From: an uncultured bacterium
GTDB taxonomy: Bacteria; Cyanobacteriota; Cyanobacteriia; Leptolyngbyales; Leptolyngbyaceae
Assembly: GCA_964250455.1 (NCBI GenBank)
Contig: CAXUFL010000050.1
Coordinates: forward strand, 1 to 33,362
Direction of reading: 5' to 3'
DNA length: 33,362 nucleotides
Below, in pieces: positions 18,431 through 28,900 of the stretch. The notes under the pieces were generated by a model. It was not told where the DNA came from, did no database searches, and saw nothing but the letters and a program-made list of their open reading frames with translations. The translations under genes were made by a program, and so were the position numbers. How positions within the stretch are numbered: the stretch's first letter is position 1; the number at the start of each line of letters is the position of its first letter.

Positions 18431-19123
18431 TGGTAGCGCCGTCACGATGCCACACCCAATGAGTAACAGCGTTGCTTGTCCATTTATACCGAAATGTCCG
18501 GTCTTTGTTAGGGCTGCATAAGCGATCCAAGCTAAAGCAACAGGCGTTGCTAACAGCGTTTCTACGGTGAGACCAACGATCGGCGTAACGGCAATTAGTT
18601 TACGCAACAAGCCATACAATGCAAACGTTAATGCAAGCGCGATCGCAATCCACGGAACTTTTCCGAAACGCCATACAAAATTTACAACCGCGATTGCAGC
18701 AATCAAAACGGCTATTTTTTGACCGTAACTTAGTTTCTCTTTTAATACGAATGATCCAAGTAATACAGTGACTAACGGATTAATGTAATATCCTAAACTC
18801 GTTTCAACAATGTGTGCGCTATTGACCCCGTAAATGTAAATTCCCCAATTGCCCGCAATTAACGTTGTCGTTAACAGCAACATCGCGATCGTTTTAGGAG
18901 AACGCAGCAGTTGAAACAATTCAGACTTGCGCTGTTGCAGCAATATAAGCCCGATCAATAACACCATCGACCATACAATTCGATGGCTGACAAGCTCGAT
19001 CGGTGGAACCTGCGCGAGAAATTTCCAATACACCGGGAACAGTCCCCAAGCGCCGTAGGCTAAAACGGCATAAATCGCTCCTGTTCTAGCATTTGAGGAA
19101 TCGGATTCAATGGGCTGATTCAA
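18431..19123 (-). pseudogene. rarD: rarD N-terminal fragment (EamA-family transporter), truncated by the IS insertion
   Basis: EamA/RarD helices run through ...IGCGIVTALP. The following eight codons (RLFAVLQP, stop at 18406..18404) are read from IS-derived sequence. The expected C-terminus is found at 16660..16463. Confidence 0.75.
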
Positions 19124-19293
19124 AGCGTCGGATCAGTAAATGAGCAAACCGTTATTCTAACGATTCCTTCGACACCCCATCTAAACACAATTTTTGTAAA
19201 GGCTTTTGCGATACAAATACCTTAAAATCGCGTTCGATGTTTCTTAATACTTTTAGAAGAAAATAGTGGCTTTCTGATCCAGTTCGCGTGCCG

Positions 19294-19299
19294 TATAAT
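19294..19299 (+). promoter_or_regulatory. Consensus -10 hexamer TATAAT upstream of the 19476 ORF
   Basis: A perfect TATAAT. A weak -35-like TTTCTG lies about 17 bp upstream. No other support. Confidence 0.2.
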
Positions 19300-19475
19300 A
19301 CAGGCAGGCGAACTCAGCAAAATGCAACTTTTGCTACCTAGCAACTTAACTCTATTGCTGAGATAAGCTGTGTTCGGTAGCGGTAGCGCTTGATCGAGCT
19401 TGCTTCTTGTAGATGCTTGCGATCGAGGTCGATCGGGTTTTTGTAAACTAAAACACATTAGCGCGGTAGAACAGA

Positions 19476-20042
19476 GTGATTTTAGAGGTTTGTGTGATCA
19501 CCATTGCAGCAGCAGCTCTGTTCTTCGGACTGATCCTTTTCGGTCTAGAAATGCAGTATCGGTGTCGCTCTAAAGAACGCTTAGAAATCACTTCAAGCGA
19601 CTGGCACTGGCAAGTCCATGACCCTCAAAAATACTGGCTGACTGGCTCTTTAGAGCTGTGGAACTGCTCAAATGAGTTTGAAATGGTGGTATCTGACCTT
19701 CAAATTCAAGTCGAACTCTTGCCGAAAACAACGAAACCGATCGTGTGTCAAGTTCAAATGTTGGTTGACACTGGAGAAGAAATCACCCAAGAAATCGGCT
19801 ATTGGGAGACTCAGATCGTTCAAGCGGATCGATCGCGCCACCTGAAAGTTCAGCTTAAGTTTAATCAGAACGTTGTCAAGCCAGGGCAGATCGCTCACCT
19901 ACAAATTCACTCAGTGCTTTACACGCGGTTGGGGCAGGTTTCTCAAGCTCAGCATTTAATGGTTCCAATGCCCCTTATTCCGTCTTTATCCGTGCAGCAC
20001 GATCAAGCGTCAGGCGCTTTTCCAATTCACAGTCTGTCGTAA
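19476..20042 (+). CDS. Hypothetical membrane-anchored protein
   Basis: GTG start and an N-terminal TM helix (VITIAAAALFFGLILFGL). 188 aa with no recognised domain. It lies 30 bp upstream of the next gene on the same strand. Confidence 0.45.
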   Translation: MILEVCVITIAAAALFFGLILFGLEMQYRCRSKERLEITSSDWHWQVHDPQKYWLTGSLELWNCSNEFEMVVSDLQIQVELLPKTTKPIVCQVQMLVDTGEEITQEIGYWETQIVQADRSRHLKVQLKFNQNVVKPGQIAHLQIHSVLYTRLGQVSQAQHLMVPMPLIPSLSVQHDQASGAFPIHSLS

Positions 20043-20071
20043 AGTGAAAGGACTTTCATTGATCGCGTTTT

Positions 20072-20686
20072 ATGCCCGATTACACACCACAGCTACGCCA
20101 ACGGATGCAAACGCAGGACATCGCCTCGTTTCGGCAGTTGCGCGATCGCACCCAAATTTCTGAGCGGCAACTCAAAAAGCTTCGCCAGGGTCAGCTTGAT
20201 TCAATTCGATTTTCTACGTTGCAGCAGCTTGCAAAGGGTCTCAATTTGTCGATCGTGGATCTCCTCGCGCTGTTCGATCAAGGTTCATCGTCTGCACCCA
20301 CCGAAACAATTCAGAAAGAATACGATCGGCTTCAAGCTCAACTGCTCGAACAGCGCGAAACCCTGCTCCAAGAATTTCAGCAAGCCAGCCTCCAAACCCT
20401 CGAACCCTGGCTTTTACAATGGTCAGCCGCCGCTTATGCCGCTCAGCAAAATCCGCAAGCGCCTGCGGTGAAGCTTCTTCCGCTTTTGCGCCCGATCGAG
20501 CAGCTTTTAGCGCAGTGGGGCATTGAGCCAAGCGCGATCGTCGGAACTGAAATTCCGTATGATCCGCAACAGCACCAGCTTATGGGCGGTATGACAGAAC
20601 CCGGACAGCTTGTGCGCGTGCGATACGCAGGCTACCGACAGGGCGATCGACTGCTTTATCGTGCAAAAGTCAGCCCGATCGAGTAA
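20072..20686 (+). CDS. HTH (XRE-like) + GrpE-like C-terminal domain protein
   Basis: The N-terminus contains an HTH-like segment (SIRFSTLQQLAKGLNLSIVDL). The C-terminus (LLPLLRPIEQLLAQWGIEPSAIVGTEIPYDPQQHQLMGG...VRVRYAGYRQGDRLLYRAKV) matches the GrpE C-terminal pattern (vG.pFDP..HeA...GY.l.dRvlR.A.V). Confidence 0.55.
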   Translation: MPDYTPQLRQRMQTQDIASFRQLRDRTQISERQLKKLRQGQLDSIRFSTLQQLAKGLNLSIVDLLALFDQGSSSAPTETIQKEYDRLQAQLLEQRETLLQEFQQASLQTLEPWLLQWSAAAYAAQQNPQAPAVKLLPLLRPIEQLLAQWGIEPSAIVGTEIPYDPQQHQLMGGMTEPGQLVRVRYAGYRQGDRLLYRAKVSPIE

Positions 20687-20744
20687 AGCTTAATCGGGTG
20701 CTGTTCTAGACCAGTTGATTTCAACGCCTTGCCATAGAAATGCG

Positions 20745-20760
20745 GCTTTCTTCTGAAAGC
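20745..20760. terminator. Hairpin between convergent genes (possible bidirectional terminator)
   Basis: gctttc-ttct-gaaagc: 6-bp stem with a 4-nt loop. Flanked by agaaat on the plus strand, which reads atttct on the minus strand. Weak. Confidence 0.25.
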
Positions 20761-20781
20761 ATGGTCTAACGTGAGATTTGG

Positions 20782-21522
20782 TTAAGCTTGGCGACTGAAC
20801 TCTAAATACGTTTGACTGATTTCCTTGACCGCTAACTCATAAAACTGTTTACCGTGCTCAGGCGTTGCTAAAGCAGGATTTGATCCCATGCGTCCATCCG
20901 GATAACGGCGGCGAAAATCGATCGCGCCGTAAATCGGATAACCGGATGCGACCGTTTCGCTAAGCGGTGCAGTCTTGATGAAATCGGGATAAACATACTG
21001 CGTTAAGGCAACTTCGCTCGGCGTTGCGTGTGAGCCTTCTTGATCGCCATACAGCGCTTTGGCAAGTTGATGAACCGACGCGCACAGATACCAGTTACTC
21101 AAGCGACATTGAACGCTGTCCGAAATTCCTAATTCGCTTAAATGAGCATAAGTTTCTGAAAATGCCGCTTTGAGCGTTGCCACGTTTCCGCCATGCCCAT
21201 TCACGAATAAAAATTTACGAAATCCAGACTTTGCGAGGCTTGTCAAATAATCACGAATCACCAGAATCAAGGTGCTTGGACGCAGGCTAATACTACCCGC
21301 AAAAGCGGTGTGATGAAGCGCCATTCCTACAGAAATCGTCGGCGCGACTAGTGCTCCAACCGCATCACCAACCCCACGAGCGATCGCGTCTGCACAAATC
21401 GCATCGGTGCCAATTAAGCCTGTGGGCCCGTGCTGTTCGGTTGAGCCGATCGGTAAGATGATTGCGGTCGATCGCTCTAAATACGTTTCTACTTCTTGCC
21501 AAGTTAGAAGCTGTAGCTGCAT
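20782..21522 (-). CDS. Creatininase (creatinine amidohydrolase) family protein
   Basis: Contains IGSTEQHGPTGLIGTD and FVNGHGGN motifs. 246 aa, ATG start. Confidence 0.8.
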   Translation of the reverse strand: MQLQLLTWQEVETYLERSTAIILPIGSTEQHGPTGLIGTDAICADAIARGVGDAVGALVAPTISVGMALHHTAFAGSISLRPSTLILVIRDYLTSLAKSGFRKFLFVNGHGGNVATLKAAFSETYAHLSELGISDSVQCRLSNWYLCASVHQLAKALYGDQEGSHATPSEVALTQYVYPDFIKTAPLSETVASGYPIYGAIDFRRRYPDGRMGSNPALATPEHGKQFYELAVKEISQTYLEFSRQA

Positions 21523-21641
21523 AGCCGTTGCGCGTGCGGTTCTTTCTTAGTGTCGCTTAAATCTCGTGCTTGATGCACCGAGGCGACCCCAGAAGACGTT
21601 ATCATTTTCAATATTGCTGTGTGACCGATCTAAAGGGCACT

Positions 21642-22481
21642 GTGGACTTAAAACAAATATTCAAAAACTCCAACCCTATTATTGGGGTTGTACACTTGCT
21701 GCCCCTGCCGACTTCGCCGCGCTGGGGCGGTAGTTTGAAAGCGGTTATCGATCGAGCCGAGCAAGAAGCGACCGCACTCGCAGCAGGCGGCGTCGATGGC
21801 ATTATTGTAGAAAATTTTTTTGATGCCCCGTTTCCAAAAGATCAAGTTGATCCGGCAGTTGTAAGCGCGATGACCGTTGTGGTGCAGCGCATTATGCACA
21901 TGGTGACGCTGCCGATCGGGCTAAACGTGTTAAGAAACGATGCTCAAAGTGCGTTAGCGATCGCGTCGTGTGTGCAGGCACAGTTTATTCGCGTCAACGT
22001 TTGGACCGGGATTATGGCAACCGATCAAGGCTTGATCGAGGGACGTGCTCACGAACTGTTGCGCTATCGTCGCGAGTTGGGCAGCGATGTCAAAATTTTT
22101 GCGGATGTCTTAGTCAAACATGCGCGTCCGTTGGGCGGGGCGAATTTAACCACGGCGGTACAAGATACAATCGATCGAGGTTTGGCGGATGCCGTGATTT
22201 TGTCGGGTTGGTCAACGGGAAACCCGCCCACGCTAGAAGATCTAGAAGTTGCCAGCGATGCGGCAAATGGAACGCCAGTTTTAATTGGAAGCGGTGCCGA
22301 TTGGGAAAATATTCCGCATTTGATGAAATCGGCAGATGGAGTAATCGTATCGAGTTCGCTAAAGCGTCAAGGCAAGCGCGAAAACTCGATCGATCCAAAT
22401 CGCGTCAGTCGATTTGTAGAATCCGCTCGCCGCATTATTCCACCCCAAAAATCGGTTTCGTCGGTAAAGCCGCGACTATAA
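21642..22481 (+). CDS. btpA: BtpA/SgcQ-family (photosystem I biogenesis BtpA-like) protein
   Basis: VDLKQIFKNSNPIIGVVHLLPLP...GVDGIIVENF is the characteristic BtpA N-terminus. A GTG at 21642 is chosen; the track's TTG at 21570 and the ATG at 21573 would add a non-conserved leader. Confidence 0.75.
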   Translation: MDLKQIFKNSNPIIGVVHLLPLPTSPRWGGSLKAVIDRAEQEATALAAGGVDGIIVENFFDAPFPKDQVDPAVVSAMTVVVQRIMHMVTLPIGLNVLRNDAQSALAIASCVQAQFIRVNVWTGIMATDQGLIEGRAHELLRYRRELGSDVKIFADVLVKHARPLGGANLTTAVQDTIDRGLADAVILSGWSTGNPPTLEDLEVASDAANGTPVLIGSGADWENIPHLMKSADGVIVSSSLKRQGKRENSIDPNRVSRFVESARRIIPPQKSVSSVKPRL

Positions 22482-22490
22482 AAACTATTT

Positions 22491-23111
22491 ATGCAGCTTG
22501 AACTTTTAGAGTCCATTATTCGTCAGGCAGATTCCCGCTCCGAAGAAGCGGAGCAGTGCTTTGTTTTGACTCAAGTTAGTTGGGAACAGTATGAAACTTT
22601 ACTCGAAGAAATTAGCGATGACTTTCCAGGGTTGCATGTTACTTATCTCGAAGGAACGTTAGAAATTGTGTCTCCAAGCCGTAAACACGAGCGTAACAAA
22701 ACAAATATTGGTTTACTGTTAGAAGCCTATTTTGAAGAAACTCGGACTCGTTTTTATGGATTAGGTTCAACAACCTTTAGAAAGCGGGCAAAAGCGCGAG
22801 GCGTAGAGCCAGATGAATGTTATTGCATTGAATCAGAAAAAGAATTCCCTGATATTGCAATTGAAGTGGTTAAGACAAGTGGAGGCGTTAATAAATTAGA
22901 AGTCTACTGTGGCTTGGAAGTCCCGGAAGTTTGGTTTTGGAGAAACGATCGATTTTCGATTTATCGATTGAAAAATGGAGAGTACGAGCAAATTTTACGC
23001 AGCGAGTTTTTCCCAAATCTCGACTTAGAGCTGTTAGCAACTTTTGTTTTGCAAGCTGAGCCTTTAGATGCTGTTTTAGGATTTAGAGAAGCACTTCGGC
23101 GGCAGGACTAG
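22491..23111 (+). CDS. Uma2-family (DUF820) putative restriction-endonuclease-like protein
   Basis: Conserved Uma2 pattern: EQYETLLEE...HVTYLEGTLEIVSP...E.D.E..IE.EK (PD-(D/E)xK-like). 206 aa, typical of the cyanobacterial family. Confidence 0.75.
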   Translation: MQLELLESIIRQADSRSEEAEQCFVLTQVSWEQYETLLEEISDDFPGLHVTYLEGTLEIVSPSRKHERNKTNIGLLLEAYFEETRTRFYGLGSTTFRKRAKARGVEPDECYCIESEKEFPDIAIEVVKTSGGVNKLEVYCGLEVPEVWFWRNDRFSIYRLKNGEYEQILRSEFFPNLDLELLATFVLQAEPLDAVLGFREALRRQD

Positions 23112-23500
23112 TAACCGGACGAATCTTCTAATCCCATTTGTTGCAAATAATCGCGCATTTGTGCTTCAAGACGCAGGCGATTGGGCCGAACATATCTTAA
23201 CTCTTCAGCATCGATTAGGCGATCGTACTCTTCTGCGTATGTATAAACACCAGCTTCAAGATCAGTGGCGAACTGTTCGAGCCAAATGCGGAAATTCGGT
23301 GCAGCAAACTCGATGTCTGGAATGTATTCATGACCATTGTGAATGCGATAAGACGCTTTTACGTCTTCAGGAAACTGAATTCCTAAAGCTACTTCTGTTT
23401 GTTGGATCTCTTCATTGGTTGCACCGGGCAGCAAGTAGCTCAAAACGTTCGGCGCATTTGTTGCCAACCAAGATTCGATTCGGTTCCACACGTCCTGCAT
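23108..23500 (-). CDS. SMI1/KNR4 (SUKH-superfamily) protein
   Basis: WNRIESWLATNAPNVLSYLLPGATNEEIQQTEVALGIQFPEDVKASYRIHNGHE matches the SMI1/KNR4 N-terminal motif. 130 aa. Its stop overlaps the Uma2 stop (CTAG). Confidence 0.55.
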   Translation of the reverse strand: MQDVWNRIESWLATNAPNVLSYLLPGATNEEIQQTEVALGIQFPEDVKASYRIHNGHEYIPDIEFAAPNFRIWLEQFATDLEAGVYTYAEEYDRLIDAEELRYVRPNRLRLEAQMRDYLQQMGLEDSSGY

Positions 23501-23518
23501 TGCTAATGTTCCTGGTAA

Positions 23519-24325
23519 TTAAATCCATCCTCGTAGCCAATACACAAAAATTCCAACGTATTCTTTCAAGGCTCTGGTTGTTCGTCTTAGTTGATCCGCA
23601 TCGGGTAGCACATCGAGAATAGTGGCTTCGATCGTTCCTCCCGCTTGATCGAGCTGCGAAGCCGTATAGTCGGTCTGAGCCGGAATCGCGTTGATACCGA
23701 GCTTTTTGAAAATGAGAATCGATCGCGGCATGTGCATTGCAGACGTCACCAGCAAAACGCGCCGGATTTTTTGAGCGTCCATGATTTGCTTTGTGTTGAC
23801 GGCGTTTTCGCGAGTGTTGAGCGATCGTTCTTCGAGCAGCATTGCCGATCGCGGAACGCCCATTGTTTCTAGCAAAATTGCCATGTCTTTAGCTTCAGAA
23901 TCGATCGTCGGACGCCAATCATTTCGTCCGCCGCTTAAAATCATTCGGGGGGCTTTGCCGTCGCGATAAAGCTTTGCGGCATACAAAACGCGATCGCCCT
24001 CTTCGCGCAGTTCTACCCACGGGCGCGGCGGCGTAGCAGATCCCGTTGCGCCACCGAGCACCACGATCGCATCCGCTTTGGGTAAGTCGCCTTGCGTGAT
24101 GTACTGAAATTCTAATGATCGAACTAACCCTTCGCTAATTGCCGCGCTGGAACTAATGATTAGAACAATGAGCGTCAAGCTAACCGGAATTAAAGCAAGG
24201 CGCGATCGCTTTCTGGCTATCAGCACGATCGCCACAATTAGCAAAATGCAGCTTAATCCAACAGGGTAAAAAAATATCGGCAGCAGTTTCGACAAAAATA
24301 AAAACATCATCAGAAGATAAAGCAC
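23519..24325 (-). CDS. DUF218 (YdcF/ElyC/SanA-family) membrane-anchored protein
   Basis: An N-terminal TM segment, then AIVVLGG....RMILSGG and LLVTSAMHMPRS motifs. GTG at 24325; ATGs lie five and six codons in. Confidence 0.7.
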   Translation of the reverse strand: MLYLLMMFLFLSKLLPIFFYPVGLSCILLIVAIVLIARKRSRLALIPVSLTLIVLIISSSAAISEGLVRSLEFQYITQGDLPKADAIVVLGGATGSATPPRPWVELREEGDRVLYAAKLYRDGKAPRMILSGGRNDWRPTIDSEAKDMAILLETMGVPRSAMLLEERSLNTRENAVNTKQIMDAQKIRRVLLVTSAMHMPRSILIFKKLGINAIPAQTDYTASQLDQAGGTIEATILDVLPDADQLRRTTRALKEYVGIFVYWLRGWI

Positions 24326-24369
24326 GCGGTTCTATGATATTCCTTCAATGCTTAATCTCGACGTTCGGG

Positions 24370-24852
24370 TTACTTTGCGAGTTCGCGTTCGATCGCGCTG
24401 GTTAATTCTGCATCGTCTGGCTTGACGCCACTGCGATATCGCCCCACAACTTGACCGCTTTTGCCGATTAAAAATTTTTCAAAGTTCCAGCTTACCTCAC
24501 CGGACGGTGTAACCGATTCGGTGAGGGTTTTGTAGAGCGGATCTTTGCTGGCTCCTTTAGCGCGGACTTTATCAAATAGCTCAAACGTGACGCCGTAATT
24601 GCGATCGCAAAACTGCGCGATTTCTTGATTAGTTCCGGGTTCTTGCGCCCCAAAGTCGTTGCATGGAAATGCAAGGATTCTCAAGCCTTGCGCTTTGTAT
24701 TTCTGATAAAGCTGCTCTAACCCTTTGTATTGCGGCGTATAGCCACAGTATGAAGCAACGTTGACGATCAGCAAAACGCTGCCTGCGTAATCACTGAGCT
24801 TTTTTGGCTGACCGTCGATCGTGCTAACCGTAATGTCTGAAATAGAATTCAT
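24370..24852 (-). CDS. Glutathione peroxidase
   Basis: Contains VNVASYCGYT (catalytic Cys in the GPx VNVAS.CG motif), FPCNDFG.QEPG and WNFEKFL. ATG at 24852; the longer track ORF starts at a TTG. Confidence 0.85.
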   Translation of the reverse strand: MNSISDITVSTIDGQPKKLSDYAGSVLLIVNVASYCGYTPQYKGLEQLYQKYKAQGLRILAFPCNDFGAQEPGTNQEIAQFCDRNYGVTFELFDKVRAKGASKDPLYKTLTESVTPSGEVSWNFEKFLIGKSGQVVGRYRSGVKPDDAELTSAIERELAK

Positions 24853-25143
24853 TTCTAAATGTGCTAAGTAGATGGACAGAATGATCGATCGCCGCGTTTC
24901 GACTGCGCTCAACGCTCAAGACGGCTACCTTTGCGGGTTGAGCGCAGCCGAACCCCAAGCCCCACGATGAATTTAACCTTCACCGACTGATAAACCTGGT
25001 TTGCTCTTTACCAACACACATGCTTTAGGCTAGAACACCTGGAAGATCTCTTAGACGCCCGATTAATTCGGGATTTAGAAGACACCAGCCGCAGCGAAAA
25101 AATATCAAAAATAAGCGGCTGTTTAACATGCTTGTAAACCGGA

Positions 25144-25968
25144 TTATCGCCGCGACCCCCGGTAAATGCGATCGATTTGCTCTGGCGATAACCACGGCAT
25201 ATTGATCGGAGCAGATTCGACGGTGGATTCTGAGCGCGACCCGTTTGATGCTGTATTGGGCAATCGCTGCGGAAGGTTACACGCAGCAGGGGGAGCACTC
25301 GTTTTAATAAATTGACCAGGAGCGATCGCCTCTTCTAATTCTGGAAGCTGCGTTTGCGGGGTGGAGTAGCTGTGCGTTTCAGGATCGAATGCTAAAACTT
25401 CCCCGGTTTCTAGGTGGTAAATCCAAGCGTAAATAGAAAGCTTGCCTTGATAAAGTCGCGAATGCACGATCGGATAGGTTTTGAGATTGTCGATTTGAGT
25501 TAAGACATTTTCCGCGATCGTGACTTCTAATAATTCTTCGCCGTTGTACTGACTGTAATTTTCTTTCACTAATCGGCGCGTAGCTTCTGCGTGTTTGAGC
25601 CAGTCATACACCAAAGGCATATCTTCTTCAAGCTTGCCGAGTTGCAGCAATCCTTTCATCGCGCCGCAGTGCGAATGACCGCAAACAATAATCTGCTCGA
25701 TTCCCAACGCATTAATCGCGTATTCGACCGCCGCTCCTTCACCGCCGTTTGCCGCGCCGTAAGGCGGAATAATGTTTCCAGCATTTCGGATAATAAATAG
25801 TTCTCCGATATCTGCCTGCGTGATCAAATTTGGATCAATTCGAGAATCTGAGCAAGTGATAAACAAAACTCGCGGCTTTTGCCCGTGAGCTAATTCTTCA
25901 AGCTGATCAATATGCTTCGGAACGTAGGTTTGTCGAAAATTCCAGTGGCCTTGGATGAGTTTTTTCAT
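25144..25968 (-). CDS. Beta-class carbonic anhydrase with C-terminal extension
   Basis: Beta-CA zinc-ligand motifs CSDSR and HSHCGA are present (VLFITCSDSRIDP, VCGHSHCGAMKG). 274 aa with a roughly 70-aa C-terminal tail. Confidence 0.85.
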   Translation of the reverse strand: MKKLIQGHWNFRQTYVPKHIDQLEELAHGQKPRVLFITCSDSRIDPNLITQADIGELFIIRNAGNIIPPYGAANGGEGAAVEYAINALGIEQIIVCGHSHCGAMKGLLQLGKLEEDMPLVYDWLKHAEATRRLVKENYSQYNGEELLEVTIAENVLTQIDNLKTYPIVHSRLYQGKLSIYAWIYHLETGEVLAFDPETHSYSTPQTQLPELEEAIAPGQFIKTSAPPAACNLPQRLPNTASNGSRSESTVESAPINMPWLSPEQIDRIYRGSRR

Positions 25969-25995
25969 TGCTGCCTTTTGTAGAAGTCAAGAGAA

Positions 25996-28900
25996 TCATT
26001 CGTCGGTTGCTTCGTCTTTGGTGTTGGTGTTGCGGTTTGGCGTTTCGCGGCTGAACTTTAAGTGAATCGATCGCGTTTGTTCGCCGTCGGATGCCGTCGC
26101 CAAAATCGGATAGTCGATGAATCCATCTTGGAACGACATCTGAAAGCGAAATGTTCCATCTGGACTGATGACGATCGGCTGACCCGCGATCGTCACCGTT
26201 GCATCTGGCTCGGTTGCACCGTACACCATTAATTCTGCATCCGCGACGAGCCAAAATCGACGCGGACGCAGTGGAATTGCCCCAGCCGAAAAGCCAATTC
26301 CCGACATATTCATCCCCACACCGGATAGTCCCATGCCTGATCGAGTTGGCAGCGTCCAACTGCCCATGCCCGACGGAAACGCAAGCGAACGAATCGCCGC
26401 TTCTGGAGCTTGCTGCATCGAGCCAAACAGCGATCCAGCAACGCGCTGCATTTCGGCACCTTGAGCCAGGCTAAACAGGCGCGTGTAGATTCGATTCGGC
26501 GCGGCTGTAGGCTGACTCGGCGGCATTAATTGAGCGATCGTGCTGCTCTGCAAATCGTCTTGCCATTCTACGGTCGCAAAAGCTTCTTCGATCCAATCCG
26601 ACGGATACACCGGAGGCACACGAACCGGAGTCGAGCGTGCCAATCGCAGCCAGCGTCCTTCTGCGGTGAGATAGCCAATTTCGACTAAATAATCACGATC
26701 GCTCACTGGAATCGGCAAATACCATTCGCGAGCGAGTTCTTCACACTCATATTGCTGCACGCTGTGCGGACTTTGACGATCGAAATCAATATCGGTAACA
26801 TCCGACAGCCGCAGCACTAGATTTTGTCCGCCTTGTCGCCGCAGTTGTTCTTTGTGCTCGTTAGAAACGTCCCAGTAGGCATAAGCCCACTGCGGATCAC
26901 GCGGCATCAAGACAATCCGGCTTTCTCCGTAGCCTTGCGGCAGTTCGGGTAATCCTTGATCAACGGTTGCTAACGTTTCACTCGATAAGTCCGGCTGACC
27001 GACATCAAACTTCGCCGCTTCAACACCCGATTGAGTTTGATCATTGGTAAAAGCGGCAACTCCTGCAATTCCGGTCGCTGCTAATATTGCTCCAGGAAAA
27101 GGGGCTGCGGTACGCGGTTGAGAAACGGGACTTGAAGCTTGATTAATTTCAGTTAAGGCTTGCTCGATTGGTGTTGTTGACGTCTGCTCGGGTAACGGTT
27201 GATCCGATCCAATCGAGCCAGAAGCTTCGTCAGTTTCAGGCAGCGCTTCCTCGATTGGGGTTTTAGACTCTGTTTGAGTGTTGGTGAGAGCCGAAATTCC
27301 TGCGATTCCTGCCGCCGTTGCTAATATTGCACCAGGAAAAGGTTCTGCGCTGCGCGGTTGGGAAGTCTGATCGATTCCACTCAGCGCTTCTTCAACCTGC
27401 GGTGTTGAAATAACGGTTTGATCAGATAACGGCTGATTAGCTTCTTCGGGCAACGGCGCAATATTGGTAACACTTGAAGTCATTAAATCAGGGTTATTGA
27501 TTTCGCTAGATTGAACGATCGCCGTTGGAGCATCGTCTAGATTTAGCTCGGTAACATCTCCATCGGTAAACCGCGATTCTAAATCGTCAAAATCATCGAT
27601 CAAGTCAAACGTGGTGAGAGGTTGATCGGAGGCATCGAGATTAAAAGGCGTGGCCGCGTCGATTTGTGCCACGATCGCATCGTCGCTCGACGGCTCGACG
27701 ATCGGTGCCTCGTTGACGTCGGTTGCAGCGCTTTGATCAATGTTTAGTGGGTCTTGGGCTTGATTGCGCAAAGCCCATGCGGCTTCTGCACTCAGCGCGG
27801 CTCCTCCTAAAACGACTTCGCCCGGAATTCTACTGCGCGGAGTCGATAACTCAATTTCCGGTGTTTGAGTTGAAATCGATGGCGTTTCGACGACTTCAGT
27901 AGACGCGATCGGAGGCTCTGTCACTTCTGGAGCCGTAAGCGGTTCGATCAAGGAATCTGGTTCGGGCGTCAATTCCGTTAATCCTGCTGCACCTAAACCG
28001 CCTGCAATCCGCGCGTCTGTCCCGGATGAACTTGACGGCTGAATCTCAGTCGATGGCGTAGTGCGAATCGCAGCGCGATCGGCGTTAATGACCGATTCGG
28101 TTCTAGAGGCAACTCCAGCATCTGGCGAATCCGATGGCACCATTAACGGGGGCGGTGGAGGCGGCGTTTGAGTCGCGGCTGGCGTTGACGACTCCGAGCG
28201 GGCAACCGCGTCAGGAGGGCGCACCGATGCTTCTGAATGGCTACGTCGATTTCTTAAAAGCCATCCGACTAGCAGAACGCCTAAGCCAAGCGGCAATAGC
28301 AGCCACAGCCAACCGGGAAGACCTGACTCGCTGTTTGGGCCGGTACTGTTGGGAACCGTTCCCACTGTAGAAGCTCCGCCAGTGTTGGGTGCGGCTCCGA
28401 TCGTCGCGGTTCCGCCTGCGTTAGGAGACGCGGCGATCGGAGGTGATTCGGTTGCGCTGTTAGTCGGCGTTGATCCCGATCCGGCTTTACTCGATGCATT
28501 CAACGCCGCCGCTCCGGTTTGGTTTGAATTGCTGCCCGCGCTAATTGCAGCTTGATTGGGCTGAGCAGTTTGAATCAGTTGCTGATTTTCAGGAGCCGTT
28601 GCATAACCGAGAAAGGCCGCGATCGCAGGAGACGGTGTGCCTTTATAAACGTAGTAAAACGGTTGTGAAAACGGATAGCGCGGATCGGTTGGCTGGGTGT
28701 TGTGCATCGGAATAATTCGGAATCGTGACTCACCGAGAACTTGATTGGCGGGTGCGTAGCTGATGCCATCTTTTCCAAGCTGCTGAAGCACGGTTTGGGT
28801 GCTGTCTTCGCCGAGTCGAGCGGCAGTCGCACCCGGAGCATACGGCTCAGCACGAAACACGCCATAATTGCCAAACGCAGCGCGAGTGTCGCTTAAATCC

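Noticed and set aside
19222-19458. 78-aa minus-strand ORF in the rarD upstream region
   Set aside because: It is basic and low-complexity and overlaps the likely promoter region. No support.
20783-20802. The cgactgaa motif inside the creatininase 3' end, resembling the repeat family leader
   Set aside because: It is a short coding-region match without the palindromic arms. It is coincidental.
26199-28555. Several 60 to 90-aa plus-strand ORFs inside the PstS-fusion gene
   Set aside because: They lie within a repetitive, GC-rich coding region on the opposite strand. None shows a credible start context or domain.
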